Below, piece after piece: positions 27,667-37,431 of a stretch of 64,000 nucleotides of DNA. Numbering within the stretch: position 1 is the first letter of the stretch; every line of letters starts with the position of its first letter. The notes under the pieces were generated by a model, which was given only the letters and a program-made list of their open reading frames with translations, was not told the origin of the DNA and made no database searches. Position numbers and translations under genes: made by a program. The DNA is from Candidatus Cloacimonadales bacterium. GTDB taxonomy: Bacteria; Cloacimonadota; Cloacimonadia; Cloacimonadales; JAIOQZ01. The stretch is from positions 1,445,735-1,509,734 of the forward strand of contig OY762463.1 in NCBI GenBank assembly GCA_963665815.1. The letters run 5' to 3'.

Positions 27667-29387
27667 GATTTTCCGTATAAATAATCTAAAGTTTTAAGCA
27701 TCCCGGCTTTCTTCAAGGCTTCAATAACATATTTCTTGTTACCTTTCTTGTACCACTGCACCAATGCTTTCATTAAACGGATCTCGCGACCTTTAGGATT
27801 GTTGATTTTCCTTCCGGTCTCAAAATCCTGACCTGTGAAATACATGCAGGTACTAACAGTCATTGGAGTAGGAGTAAACTCCTGAACCTGTTCAATCTTC
27901 ATTCTATTCTTCCTAAGGAACACTGCCAAATCAACAGTATCCTTAAGAGTCTCCCCCGGATGACCTACAATGAGGTATGGAATAACAAACTGTTTTTTAC
28001 CTGCCTGAAGAGAAAATTTAGTGAACAGTTCAGTGAACAGTTCATACTGACTAATCCCGGGTTTATACATGTATTTCAGAACCCTTCCCGCAACATGCTC
28101 GGGCGCAAGTTTGAGATATCCTCCCGTACACTCCGCAGCAAGCAATTTGATAAAATCGTATGATTTAAGCCCCAGATCAAATCTTACTCCGGAAGACACT
28201 CTCACGTGAACTCCTGTCCTGAGCAGAGATTTCAATAGCTTCACGTATGATCTGTGGTCAGTATTAAGGTACTGACAAACATCAGGATACAAGCATGACC
28301 GTCTGTTGCATTCTTGACTGTTTGTGCATCCGGTACCATACATATTAGCTGTTGGACCTCCGGCATCTGTTATTGTCCCGGAAAATCCACTTCGATTTAT
28401 CAGGTTGCGTGCTTCCTGCATAACTGAATCCATGGATCTGGATTGAATATGTTTTCCCTGATGTGCTCCGATAGCACAAAAATTACATCCCCCGTAACAC
28501 CCTCTATGTACTGTCAGGGAGTCTTTTATCTGTTCAAAAGCTGTAATCTTACCCTTGTTTTCAGGGTGTGGTCTATATTGAAAAGGCAGGCCATACAATC
28601 GATCCATTTCTTTTATAGTCAAAGGTTTTGCAGGAGTATTATGTTTTAGGTAGCGTCCTGCAAAAGCGATATAGAACTCATGATGCAGATGATTCCTGTA
28701 GAACAACTCGGTCATTTTCAGGAAACCTGCTTTTGTTTTGCACACATCAAATTCAGGAAGAAGAATTGCATTTTCCGGGATATCTTTCACAAATTCGACA
28801 GTTCCGGGAATTGAGCAAAGCATCTCTTCATTCTTTTTTTTCTCAGCTATTTCCAGAATCTGCCTCTCGCCCATGCCGTATACAAGAAGATCTGCTCTGG
28901 AATCAAGAAGGACAGAATTTCGGATTTTGTCACTCCAGTAATCATAATGAGGTATTCTTCGCAAGCTGGCTTCAATTCCACCTATAACAATACATGAATC
29001 TTTAAACAATGCCCTTATTTTCTGAGAGTACTTGATTAAAGCTCGGTCTGGTCTTGTGTATTTCTTTTTTTCCGGAGTATATGCATCAGATGAACGAATC
29101 TTTTTCTGTGCGGTATACTTGTTAATCATCGAATCCATGTTCCCGGACGATATTCCAAAGAAGAGTCGTGGTTTCCCCAGCTTAAGAAAATCGTCATCTC
29201 CGGCAACATCTGGTTGAGATATTATTCCTACAGAATAACCTTCTGCTTCCAGTAATCTTCCAAGAAGTGCTATACCGAAAGAGGGATGATCAATATATGC
29301 ATCACCTGTTATCAGGATAATATCGAATTGCTTTTCAGCGTTCTTTTTAGTAGATAGAAATTTATCTGAAGTTCTTACCAGAGTCAT
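27663..29387 (-). CDS. ygiQ: YgiQ-family (UPF0313) radical SAM protein
   Basis: N-terminal FDIILITGDAYIDHPSFGIALLGRLLEAEGYSVGIISQPD. rSAM motif HRGCYGGCNFCAI. 574 aa. Confidence 0.85.
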   Translation of the reverse strand: MTLVRTSDKFLSTKKNAEKQFDIILITGDAYIDHPSFGIALLGRLLEAEGYSVGIISQPDVAGDDDFLKLGKPRLFFGISSGNMDSMINKYTAQKKIRSSDAYTPEKKKYTRPDRALIKYSQKIRALFKDSCIVIGGIEASLRRIPHYDYWSDKIRNSVLLDSRADLLVYGMGERQILEIAEKKKNEEMLCSIPGTVEFVKDIPENAILLPEFDVCKTKAGFLKMTELFYRNHLHHEFYIAFAGRYLKHNTPAKPLTIKEMDRLYGLPFQYRPHPENKGKITAFEQIKDSLTVHRGCYGGCNFCAIGAHQGKHIQSRSMDSVMQEARNLINRSGFSGTITDAGGPTANMYGTGCTNSQECNRRSCLYPDVCQYLNTDHRSYVKLLKSLLRTGVHVRVSSGVRFDLGLKSYDFIKLLAAECTGGYLKLAPEHVAGRVLKYMYKPGISQYELFTELFTKFSLQAGKKQFVIPYLIVGHPGETLKDTVDLAVFLRKNRMKIEQVQEFTPTPMTVSTCMYFTGQDFETGRKINNPKGREIRLMKALVQWYKKGNKKYVIEALKKAGMLKTLDYLYGKS

Positions 29388-29614
29388 TAATATCTGTCAT
29401 TAACAGGATTAAGCCTTATAATGTTTATAGCTTGAACGCCTTTTTCAGTATCTATGAGGTCAAATTCAACTTCTTCGTCCTGAACAAGTGTCTTGAGTTC
29501 GCTTGGAGACTGAGTTACAATTGATTTCCAGTGTACGAAGTATTCACTTTTTTCTTCAGTTATTATAAAACCGTAGCCCTTGTTTGCATTAAACCATTTT
29601 ACTTTTCCGTTCAT
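29387..29614 (-). CDS. Cold-shock-domain protein
   Basis: MNGKVKWFNANKGYGFI (RNP1-like) and FVHW. Its stop overlaps the ygiQ ATG (TAATG). Confidence 0.85.
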   Translation of the reverse strand: MNGKVKWFNANKGYGFIITEEKSEYFVHWKSIVTQSPSELKTLVQDEEVEFDLIDTEKGVQAINIIRLNPVNDRY

Positions 29615-29635
29615 TTTATTCCTTTTGTTATGGTA

Positions 29636-29661
29636 GAACGGCTCTCGAACGAGAGCCGTTC
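29636..29661 (-). promoter_or_regulatory. Perfect 11-bp stem-loop between ppdK and csp (terminator or processing/5'-UTR element)
   Basis: GAACGGCTCTC(gaac)GAGAGCCGTTC. There is no U-tract on either strand. It lies ~20 nt upstream of the csp start. Confidence 0.5.
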
Positions 29662-29673
29662 AATTAAATAATT

Positions 29674-32394
29674 CTATAAAGCTGCTTGAGCTGCAGCAAG
29701 TCTTGCTATTGGTACTCTATAAGGAGAGCAGCTAACGTAGTTCATACCAACTTTGTGGCAGAATGTTACTGATTGTGGTTCTCCACCGTGCTCACCACAG
29801 ATTCCGACTTTAAGGTTTTCGCGTGTTGAACGACCTTTTTTAGTTCCCATTTCAACGAGTTGACCAACACCTGTTTGATCAAGAACCTGGAACGGATCGT
29901 TTTTAAGGATTCCTTTTTCGAGATAGATAGGAAGGAATTTTCCAGCATCATCTCTGGAGTATCCAAATGTCATTTGAGTAAGGTCGTTTGTACCGAATGA
30001 GAAGAATTCTGCTTCTTCAGCTACTTCATCAGCTGTAAGCGCAGCTCTAGGAATCTCAATCATTGTTCCAACCATATAATCGATTTTATCATTTCTTTCC
30101 GCAAATACTTTGTTGACTTCTTCAACAATTATTTGTTTCTGCAAAACAAACTCAGCTTTTGTACCAATAAGCGGAACCATAATTTCAGGTAATGCTTTAA
30201 TGCCTTTTGCTTTTACATTAAGAGCTGCTTCGATAATAGCTCTTGCCTGCATTCTTGTAATTTCAGGATATGTATTACCAAGACGGCATCCTCTATGCCC
30301 AAGCATAGGATTGAATTCAGCAAGTGATTCAACTTTATCTTTTACCTGTTGAACTGTGATGTTAAGTTCATCAGCCATAATTTGCTGGTTTTCATCTTCG
30401 TGAGGTACAAATTCGTGAAGAGGAGGATCAAGAAGTCTTACTGTAACAGGAAGTCCGTTCATTGCTTCAAAGATACCTTCAAAGTCGCTTCTCTGCATTG
30501 GAAGAAGCTTTTCGAGAGCAACTTCTCTTCCTGCTAAATCATCAGCGAGAATCATTTCTCTAACAGCTTTGATTCTGTCACCTTCGAAGAACATGTGTTC
30601 TGTACGGCAAAGACCGATACCTTGAGCTCCAAAGTTTCTTGCAACTTGTGAATCGTGAGGAGTATCTGCATTAGTTCTTACATGCATTTTTGTATATTTG
30701 TCACAGATATCCATGAGTTTTCCGAAATCTCCACCAAGCTCAGGATCTTTTGTGTCGATTTTGCCTGAATAAACTTCACCGGTTGAACCGTTAAGTGAAA
30801 TCCAGTCACCTTCGTTATATGTTTTACCATCACAAATCATAGTTCTGGTTTTGTAATTGATTTTTACAGATCCAGCTCCTGAAACGCAACATTTGCCCAT
30901 TCCACGTGCAACAACCGCTGCGTGAGATGTCATACCACCACGTGCGGTGAGGATACCCTTAGCTACATTCATTCCTTTCAAATCTTCAGGTGATGTTTCG
31001 ATTCTTACGAGAACAACATCTTTATTATCAGCGACCCATTCTTCTGCTTCATCAGCGAAAAATACAATCTGACCAGTAGCCGCACCAGGTGATGCAGGAA
31101 GACCCTTGGCAATAACATCTGCTTTCGCAAGAGCATCTGTGTCAAATACAGGGTGAAGAAGTTCATCAAGTTTATTTGGTTCAACTCTTTTAAGAGCTGT
31201 TTTTTCGTCGATCATACCTTCATCAAGCATGTCCATAGCGATTGAAACCATAGCAGCACCGGTTCTTTTTCCGGTTCTTGTCTGGAGTAACCACAGTTTT
31301 CCATCCTGAATAGTAAACTCAAGATCCTGCATATCTTTATAGTGATCTTCAAGTTTTCTCTGGATTTCATCAAGTTCTTTATATGACTCAGGCATAACTT
31401 CTTCGAGTGAAGGGAAGTTTTTAGCTCTTTCTTCTTCAGAAACCTGTGCTAACACAGCCCATCTTTTGGCGCCTTCAAGAGTAATTTGTTGTGGAGTTCT
31501 GATACCTGCAACAACATCTTCACCCTGAGCGTTTATCAGAAATTCACCGTTGAAAAGATTTTCACCGGTTCCAGCGTCTCTTGTAAATGCAACACCGGTA
31601 GCACTGCTGTTACCCATGTTTCCGTAAACCATTGACTGAACGTTTACAGCTGTTCCCCACTCTCCGGGGATCTTGTTGATTAATCTGTAATATTCCGCTC
31701 TTTCATTATTCCAGCTTTCGAATACTGCGAAGACTGCTCCCCAGAGCTGATCCCAAGGTGATGACGGGAAGTCTGACCCTGTTTGTTCTTTAACAGCTTT
31801 CTTGAATCTCAGAACAAGTTCTTTTAGATCTTCTGTTGTGAGTTCAATATCTTCTTCAACATTCTTTTCTTCTTTAATGTTTTCAATAATTTCTTCAAAT
31901 GGATCGATGTCTTCTTTTGACTCAGGTTTCATACCAAGTACAACATCTCCGTACATTTGAACAAAACGTCTGTAGGAATCCCAGGCAAATCTTGGATTAC
32001 CTGATTTTTCAGAAAGACCTTCAACAACTTCGTCGTTCATACCAAGATTAAGGACAGTGTCCATCATTCCCGGCATTGATACTCTTGCACCGGAACGAAC
32101 AGATACGAGTAAAGGATTAATTTTATCACCGAATTTTGCTCCCATTATTTCTTCAACATGAGCAATAGCTTTTTCAACTTCAGGTTTTAAAAGTTCAGTA
32201 ACTTTTTCTTTACCAATAGTATTAAACTCTGTACATACTTCTGTTGTAATTGTGAAACCTGCAGGTACAGGAACCCCGATAAGGTTCATTTCCGCAAGAT
32301 TTGCACCTTTACCACCGAGAAGATTCTTCATTTCTGTTTTACCTTCGGCTTTTCCGTTACCAAATAGATAAACTCTTTTTTGAGTTTCGTTCAT
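29674..32394 (-). CDS. ppdK: Pyruvate, phosphate dikinase
   Basis: 906 aa. N-terminal KRVYLFGNGKAEGKTEMKNLLGGKGANLAEM. Phospho-His region GILTARGGMTSHAAVVARG. PEP-utilising C-terminus GLCRTEHMF and FFSFGTNDLTQ. Confidence 0.95.
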   Translation of the reverse strand: MNETQKRVYLFGNGKAEGKTEMKNLLGGKGANLAEMNLIGVPVPAGFTITTEVCTEFNTIGKEKVTELLKPEVEKAIAHVEEIMGAKFGDKINPLLVSVRSGARVSMPGMMDTVLNLGMNDEVVEGLSEKSGNPRFAWDSYRRFVQMYGDVVLGMKPESKEDIDPFEEIIENIKEEKNVEEDIELTTEDLKELVLRFKKAVKEQTGSDFPSSPWDQLWGAVFAVFESWNNERAEYYRLINKIPGEWGTAVNVQSMVYGNMGNSSATGVAFTRDAGTGENLFNGEFLINAQGEDVVAGIRTPQQITLEGAKRWAVLAQVSEEERAKNFPSLEEVMPESYKELDEIQRKLEDHYKDMQDLEFTIQDGKLWLLQTRTGKRTGAAMVSIAMDMLDEGMIDEKTALKRVEPNKLDELLHPVFDTDALAKADVIAKGLPASPGAATGQIVFFADEAEEWVADNKDVVLVRIETSPEDLKGMNVAKGILTARGGMTSHAAVVARGMGKCCVSGAGSVKINYKTRTMICDGKTYNEGDWISLNGSTGEVYSGKIDTKDPELGGDFGKLMDICDKYTKMHVRTNADTPHDSQVARNFGAQGIGLCRTEHMFFEGDRIKAVREMILADDLAGREVALEKLLPMQRSDFEGIFEAMNGLPVTVRLLDPPLHEFVPHEDENQQIMADELNITVQQVKDKVESLAEFNPMLGHRGCRLGNTYPEITRMQARAIIEAALNVKAKGIKALPEIMVPLIGTKAEFVLQKQIIVEEVNKVFAERNDKIDYMVGTMIEIPRAALTADEVAEEAEFFSFGTNDLTQMTFGYSRDDAGKFLPIYLEKGILKNDPFQVLDQTGVGQLVEMGTKKGRSTRENLKVGICGEHGGEPQSVTFCHKVGMNYVSCSPYRVPIARLAAAQAAL

Positions 32395-32847
32395 TTTTCC
32401 TCCAAGTGATTATTTATTAAAACTTTAAATATCATTGTTTTTTGCACGGTTAAATTAAGTTTACCCTTTTCTGTGTCAAGGGAATATTTACCATCTGTTT
32501 ATGTTTCAATAACTAAAAAAAACTATCACTTAATTCTTCAGTGCAATTTCATTTACGACATTCATTTATTTGAATAGCTAATAGTTATCTCTATGTATGA
32601 TCACAAATTAAACGCTTATACAATGATAATATTACAAAATATTCGAATAACACAAATCAATTATTCTTTTAACACTGTTTTTTTGTTTATAATTAATATT
32701 TAGTTATTTTGGGGTTAATTTTGACATTCATACTTCCGGAACATACATTATAGATAAATGAAATTAGTTGACAAAATGTATCATTATGTTTAGTAAATGA
32801 TAATTTTGTATAATTAGGATATAAACAAAAAATAGACAGGTCTTACA

Positions 32848-35800
32848 ATGACATTAAAAAAAACTATCATAATATCTTTGTTTTTGATATTAATTGTTAG
32901 CTTGAACTGCAACATATCTCTGACAGACGAAGAAAAACTTTTTCTAAGTGAAAAACAGGAAATTGTTTTTGTCGGGCAAACAAATTATCCACCTTTTGAG
33001 TTCATTAATGAAAATAACATGTATGATGGAATGATTATAGAGCAAATCAGATGGATCAGTACAGAACTGGGATTTAAAGCTGTTTTTACTCATAAATCAT
33101 TCTCGGAAGCACAAGCTGATGTCCTTTCGGGAAAAGCAGATGTAATCTCAAGCTTTTTCTACAGCGAAAAGCGTGACGAGGATTTCGACTTCACAGAAAC
33201 AATTTATGATGTTCCGGCAATCATTTTCGTCAAAAAAGAAAGAACAGACATAAAAGATATTGCAGACTTGAACAATAAAATTATAGCCATTCAAAAAGGT
33301 GACTACGCTGAAGAATATCTTAACAGCATGAACGTTCAGCATCGAGTATTATGGACCGACGACTTTGAAGAAGCATTATTCAGCGTTATTGACGGAACTG
33401 CTGATGCAATAATAGGTGACGAACAGATTGTACTTTATGAAATCTATAAGCAAAGACTGACTGACAAAATCAAAACCGTTGGCAGCCCTCTTTACATTGG
33501 ACAGGACTGTATGGCTGTTAAAGAAGGAAACACAATTTTAGTAGACATCCTGAAAAAGGGGATTAAGCATTCTAAAGATTCCGGAGTATATGCAAGAATC
33601 TATCAAAAATGGTTAGGTACTTCATTGAATCAGCAAAGTGACTTATGGGGCAAATATGCTAATACTATAATTTACATCTCATTATTCATTATCTGTGTTT
33701 TCATTATAGCATTCATCTGGATAAAAAAACTGAAGATAGAAGTACATAAAAGAACTGTACAGTTATCAACTGTTAACGAGGAGTTGAAACGAGAAATTGA
33801 AGAAAATTCAAAAGTTACTGAAAAGCTGTTTGAAAATGAGATGAAATTCAGAAACCTGAGTGAGCAAATGATGAATGGTGTTGCAGTTGTCAGAAATAAC
33901 AGGTACATTTGGGTTAACAGCACATTTGAAACTGTAACAGGATTATCCAGAGATCAACTGATTGACAACGAGCACAGAATATTCCGTTTCCCAAAAAACA
34001 GAATAGATTCCGACCTTGTTAAATGGAATGATATTGTGAAGCACCATGAAGGAAAAACTTTTGAGGCCGAAGTAATGACAAGAGATGAAAAAATTTATGT
34101 CGATATTTCAATGAAAACTATTACTTTTGGCAAAGAATCCGCAATACAGATAATTATATCAGACATTACAGCCCGTAAAAATGCCGAGTTAAAATTAATA
34201 GACATTTCGGATAAGAACAAAGCACTGCTTGACTCAATTCCGGACCTTATGTTCGTACATGATATTGATGGAAAGATAATAGATTTTAATTCAAAGGGAA
34301 ATACTGTACTGTTACTTCCAGAAAGAGATGTAATTAATACTGACTTATCTGATCTTCCGCTTTCAAACGAAACAATTGAACTTGTAATAGAAAATATCAG
34401 AGAGGCATTAAGAACCGGAGAAACCCAAACCGTCCGATATAGTTTTTCTTTAAATAGCAATGAAATGTACTATGAAGCAAAAATCAGCCGACTTAACGAT
34501 ACTCAGGCGTTATCGCTTGTTAGGGATGTTACTCAAACAATGGAGTTACTGGAAGCTGTTGAGAAAGACAGAGAGTTTCTTTCCGTTACATTAGATTCTA
34601 TCGGTGATGCGGTTATAATATGCGATACAAACGGAAACATCCTTTTGCTGAATAAAGTAGCAGAAGATCTTACAGGATTCTACCGAAGTGAATGTGAAGG
34701 ATCAAATCTTGAAGAAGTATTTAAAGTCGTTAACAACAAAACAGGCAATACAATTATCAGTCCGGTCAGAAAAGTACTTGATACAGGCAAAATCCAAGGA
34801 GTTCAGGATAGCTCCATACTCATTTCACGAACTGGCAGAAAGTACTCAATATCTACTAATGCTGCTCCAATTGTTACAAAAGACGGTAATATTCTGGGAG
34901 TTGTACTGGTGTTCAGAGATGAAACCCAGAAAAGAAGAATAGAAGAAGAAGCCAGCAAGGCTCAGAAACTGGAATCTATTGGAATTCTTGCAGGCGGTAT
35001 AGCCCACGACTTTAATAACATACTGACTGCTATTAATGGAAACATATCTCTGGCAAGACTCATTGAGGATGAAGAAAAAAAAGGGAAGTACCTTTCTCAC
35101 GCAGAAAAAGCCGTTGAACAAGCCAAGAAACTGTCCATGCAGCTTCTTACATTTTCCAAAGGTGGGGATCCAATAAGAGAAACTGTTTCCATAAAAGAGA
35201 TTATTGAAGATTCTGCCGGATTTGTTCTGCGAGGATCAAAAGTAAAATGCAATCTGACTTTTCAGGAAGATCTGAAACCGGCCTCACTCGATAAGGGACA
35301 GTTCAGTCAAGTTATACAGAACATTGTTCTCAATGCTAATCAAGCAATGCCTGATGGCGGATCCATAGATATAAAAGCATCAAATGCAATCCTTTCAGAT
35401 AGTAATGATTATGCTCTTGCCGGAGGTGACTACGTAAAAATAGAGATTCGTGATTCAGGAGGCGGTATATCTCAAGAAAACCTGGAAAAGATATTCGATC
35501 CTTATTTCACTACAAAAACAGATGGACATGGACTCGGATTGGCAATTGTGTATTCAATTATAAAGAAACATCATGGTCTAATTACATTTGAATCCATAGT
35601 CGGACATGGAACAATCGTGACAATATTGCTCCCATCAGCAGACAAGAAATTTGAGAGAATCGATGAAGAACCTGACACAACGCCTGACGGGAAAGGACAT
35701 ATCCTTATTATGGATGATAATGATGACGTTCGGGCAATTATCGGAAGCTCTCTCAACTACTTAGGGTATACCTATTCTGAAGCTGACGATGGACTGGCAG

Positions 35801-36096
35801 CAATAGAAATCTATAAAAAAACATTGAATTCCTCTAAGAGATTCGATGCAGTATTGATGGACCTTACTGTTCCTGGTGGCATGTCCGGAAAAGAAGCTGT
35901 TCAGGAGATACTTAAAATTGACCCCAATGCGCAAGTTATTGTTATAAGTGGCTATTCCCGCGATCCTATATTAGCCAATTACAGCGACTACGGTTTTGTG
36001 GGCAAACTGGTTAAACCTTTCCAGATGCAGGAGATGAAAGAAGTTCTGAATAAAGTTATTAAGAAGGATGAAATGCATCAAAATCCCCAGTTGTAA
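32848..36096 (+). CDS. Hybrid sensor histidine kinase: periplasmic solute-binding domain, TM, multiple PAS, HisKA/HATPase, receiver
   Basis: SBP_bac_3-like N-terminus (VGQTNYPPFEF...IIGDEQIV). TM near aa 275-295. PAS-like repeats. H-box GGIAHDFNNILTAING. ATPase DSGGGISQENLEKIFDPYFTTK..GLGLAIV. Receiver ILIMDDNDDVR...LMDLTVPGGMSG...KP. Confidence 0.9.
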   Translation: MTLKKTIIISLFLILIVSLNCNISLTDEEKLFLSEKQEIVFVGQTNYPPFEFINENNMYDGMIIEQIRWISTELGFKAVFTHKSFSEAQADVLSGKADVISSFFYSEKRDEDFDFTETIYDVPAIIFVKKERTDIKDIADLNNKIIAIQKGDYAEEYLNSMNVQHRVLWTDDFEEALFSVIDGTADAIIGDEQIVLYEIYKQRLTDKIKTVGSPLYIGQDCMAVKEGNTILVDILKKGIKHSKDSGVYARIYQKWLGTSLNQQSDLWGKYANTIIYISLFIICVFIIAFIWIKKLKIEVHKRTVQLSTVNEELKREIEENSKVTEKLFENEMKFRNLSEQMMNGVAVVRNNRYIWVNSTFETVTGLSRDQLIDNEHRIFRFPKNRIDSDLVKWNDIVKHHEGKTFEAEVMTRDEKIYVDISMKTITFGKESAIQIIISDITARKNAELKLIDISDKNKALLDSIPDLMFVHDIDGKIIDFNSKGNTVLLLPERDVINTDLSDLPLSNETIELVIENIREALRTGETQTVRYSFSLNSNEMYYEAKISRLNDTQALSLVRDVTQTMELLEAVEKDREFLSVTLDSIGDAVIICDTNGNILLLNKVAEDLTGFYRSECEGSNLEEVFKVVNNKTGNTIISPVRKVLDTGKIQGVQDSSILISRTGRKYSISTNAAPIVTKDGNILGVVLVFRDETQKRRIEEEASKAQKLESIGILAGGIAHDFNNILTAINGNISLARLIEDEEKKGKYLSHAEKAVEQAKKLSMQLLTFSKGGDPIRETVSIKEIIEDSAGFVLRGSKVKCNLTFQEDLKPASLDKGQFSQVIQNIVLNANQAMPDGGSIDIKASNAILSDSNDYALAGGDYVKIEIRDSGGGISQENLEKIFDPYFTTKTDGHGLGLAIVYSIIKKHHGLITFESIVGHGTIVTILLPSADKKFERIDEEPDTTPDGKGHILIMDDNDDVRAIIGSSLNYLGYTYSEADDGLAAIEIYKKTLNSSKRFDAVLMDLTVPGGMSGKEAVQEILKIDPNAQVIVISGYSRDPILANYSDYGFVGKLVKPFQMQEMKEVLNKVIKKDEMHQNPQL

Positions 36097-36139
36097 AGAA
36101 ACGAAATATTGTGTCTCTACATTGGCGATGTGAAACATC

Positions 36140-37235
36140 TCTATTAATTCTCCTCCCATAGTGTTCTCGATCTATCGAGAATACCAGAAACAAGTGGAGG
36201 AGTACTCTGCTTGTGGTGGGAGGTAGTTTATATCACAATTTGATTATGTGTTACCTATGTCCCGTTTGCACACAAAATCATTGACACGACTAATCTAATT
36301 TATGAACTCATAAACATGAAACTATGGTATAATCCCGAACTTAAAGAAAAAGCAAAGATGTTGAGAAGTAATTCAACGTTGGCAGAAGTACTTTTCTGGA
36401 ACCAGTTAAGGGACAAGAAATTATGGTATGATTTTCACCGACAGAAACCAATCGACTATTATATTGTGGATTTCTATTGCCCGAAGTTGAATCTTATAAT
36501 CGAAATTGACGATTCCGATTACAAAGATTAAAACCTTGCGAATGGTTGATAAACCTTCGCAATGGTTGCCAAGTGAAGCAGAATCTCACCATTCGCATGG
36601 TCAAAAGACCATTGCGAGGGTGGAAGAAAAAATCTTGCGTTTTTACACAGTCTGTCAGTCTATTTTGTTACCTGTGTCACGTTTGTACAAATCATTGACA
36701 AGTGTGCAAATATGACAAGAATATAAACATGAAACTATGGTATAATCCCGAACTTAAATCTTATAATCGAAATTGATGATTCCGATTACAAAGATTAAGA
36801 CCTTGCGAATGGTTGATAAACCTTCGCAATGGTTGCCAAGTGAAGCAGAACCTCACCATTCGCAAGGTCAAAAGACCATTGCGAAGGTGGAAAAAAACCT
36901 TGCGTTTTTTACACAGTTTGTCTGTCTACTTTGTTACCTATGTCCTGGGTTTGAGCATTGTATTGATACACACCCCGTCCACCTTCGGTGTCCACCCCTC
37001 TTGATAGATGGGAGTTACGACGCTCATGCGTCGATTGGGATTTATGTAGTCCTTAAATCCTGTAGATCATGGTTCATAATATTTATTGAGACAACCGTCC
37101 GGTTGCCTCTTAGCGATTGGCAGAGCTGCTGAGTATATGAACACCGTAGAGAGGTAGCATGCAACGTCTAAGGTTAGGAGACACAAAATATTGTGTCTCT
37201 ACACAGCAGGTGATGCCTTACAGTTTTTGCAGACT
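36140..37235. repeat. Composite non-coding repeat locus 1 (block X, unit U1, deleted unit U2, block Y with two GAGACA/TGTCTC hairpins)
   Basis: Near-identical to 37432-38190 block by block. U units are bounded by GTTACC(T/C)RTGTC at 36250, 36668 and 36942. U2 (36668-36941) carries an internal deletion of the DUF559 fragment (ATG at 36729, junction GAACTTAAA|TCTTATAATCG). Confidence 0.9.
36316..36531 (+). pseudogene. Truncated DUF559/Vsr-like endonuclease fragment (N-terminal ~70 codons only)
   Basis: MKLWYNPELKEKAKMLRSNSTLAEVLFWNQLRDKKLWYDFHRQKPIDYYIVDFYCPKLNLIIEIDDSDYKD*. It stops just after the IE(I/L)D motif where full-length DUF559 proteins continue for ~45 aa. No SD. It is followed by a palindromic block. 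Confidence 0.6.
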
Positions 37236-37431
37236 ATGTAAAAACGATTTATGATATGAAATTACTTTTTTGACGCAGGTTTTCCCGATTCTTCGTGACT
37301 CAACCAGCTTAAGCTACTGATAAAGATAGAGATGTATGCTCCCTGAGCGGAGTCGAAGGGGATTAGTTTTAAGTGAATGAGACGACAAAAATCAATTGCT
37401 CCCTGAGATACAAAACATTGCATTGCTAAAA

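Noticed and set aside
32395-32847. 450-bp AT-rich gap between ppdK and the sensor kinase as a possible sRNA or mobile-element scar
   Set aside because: It contains only divergent promoter-like elements (e.g. TTGACA at ~32769, TATAAT at ~32805) and no repeats, terminators or conserved structure that I could see.
37060-37080. tRNA-like T-arm string GGTTCATAAT in block Y
   Set aside because: No acceptor, D or anticodon arms can be folded around it, so it is not a tRNA or tmRNA.
36506-37132. ORFs 36506..36715, 36773..37132, 36813..37004 (and 37789..37977, 37835..38095) across the palindromic blocks
   Set aside because: They are read-throughs of inverted-repeat DNA in several frames. There are no SDs, no recognisable domains, and frame and length are not conserved between repeat copies.
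37343-37365. Hammerhead-like CTGAG...GTCGAA string
   Set aside because: It lacks the CUGAUGA core and the GAAA/UH cleavage context, and no three-way junction can be drawn.
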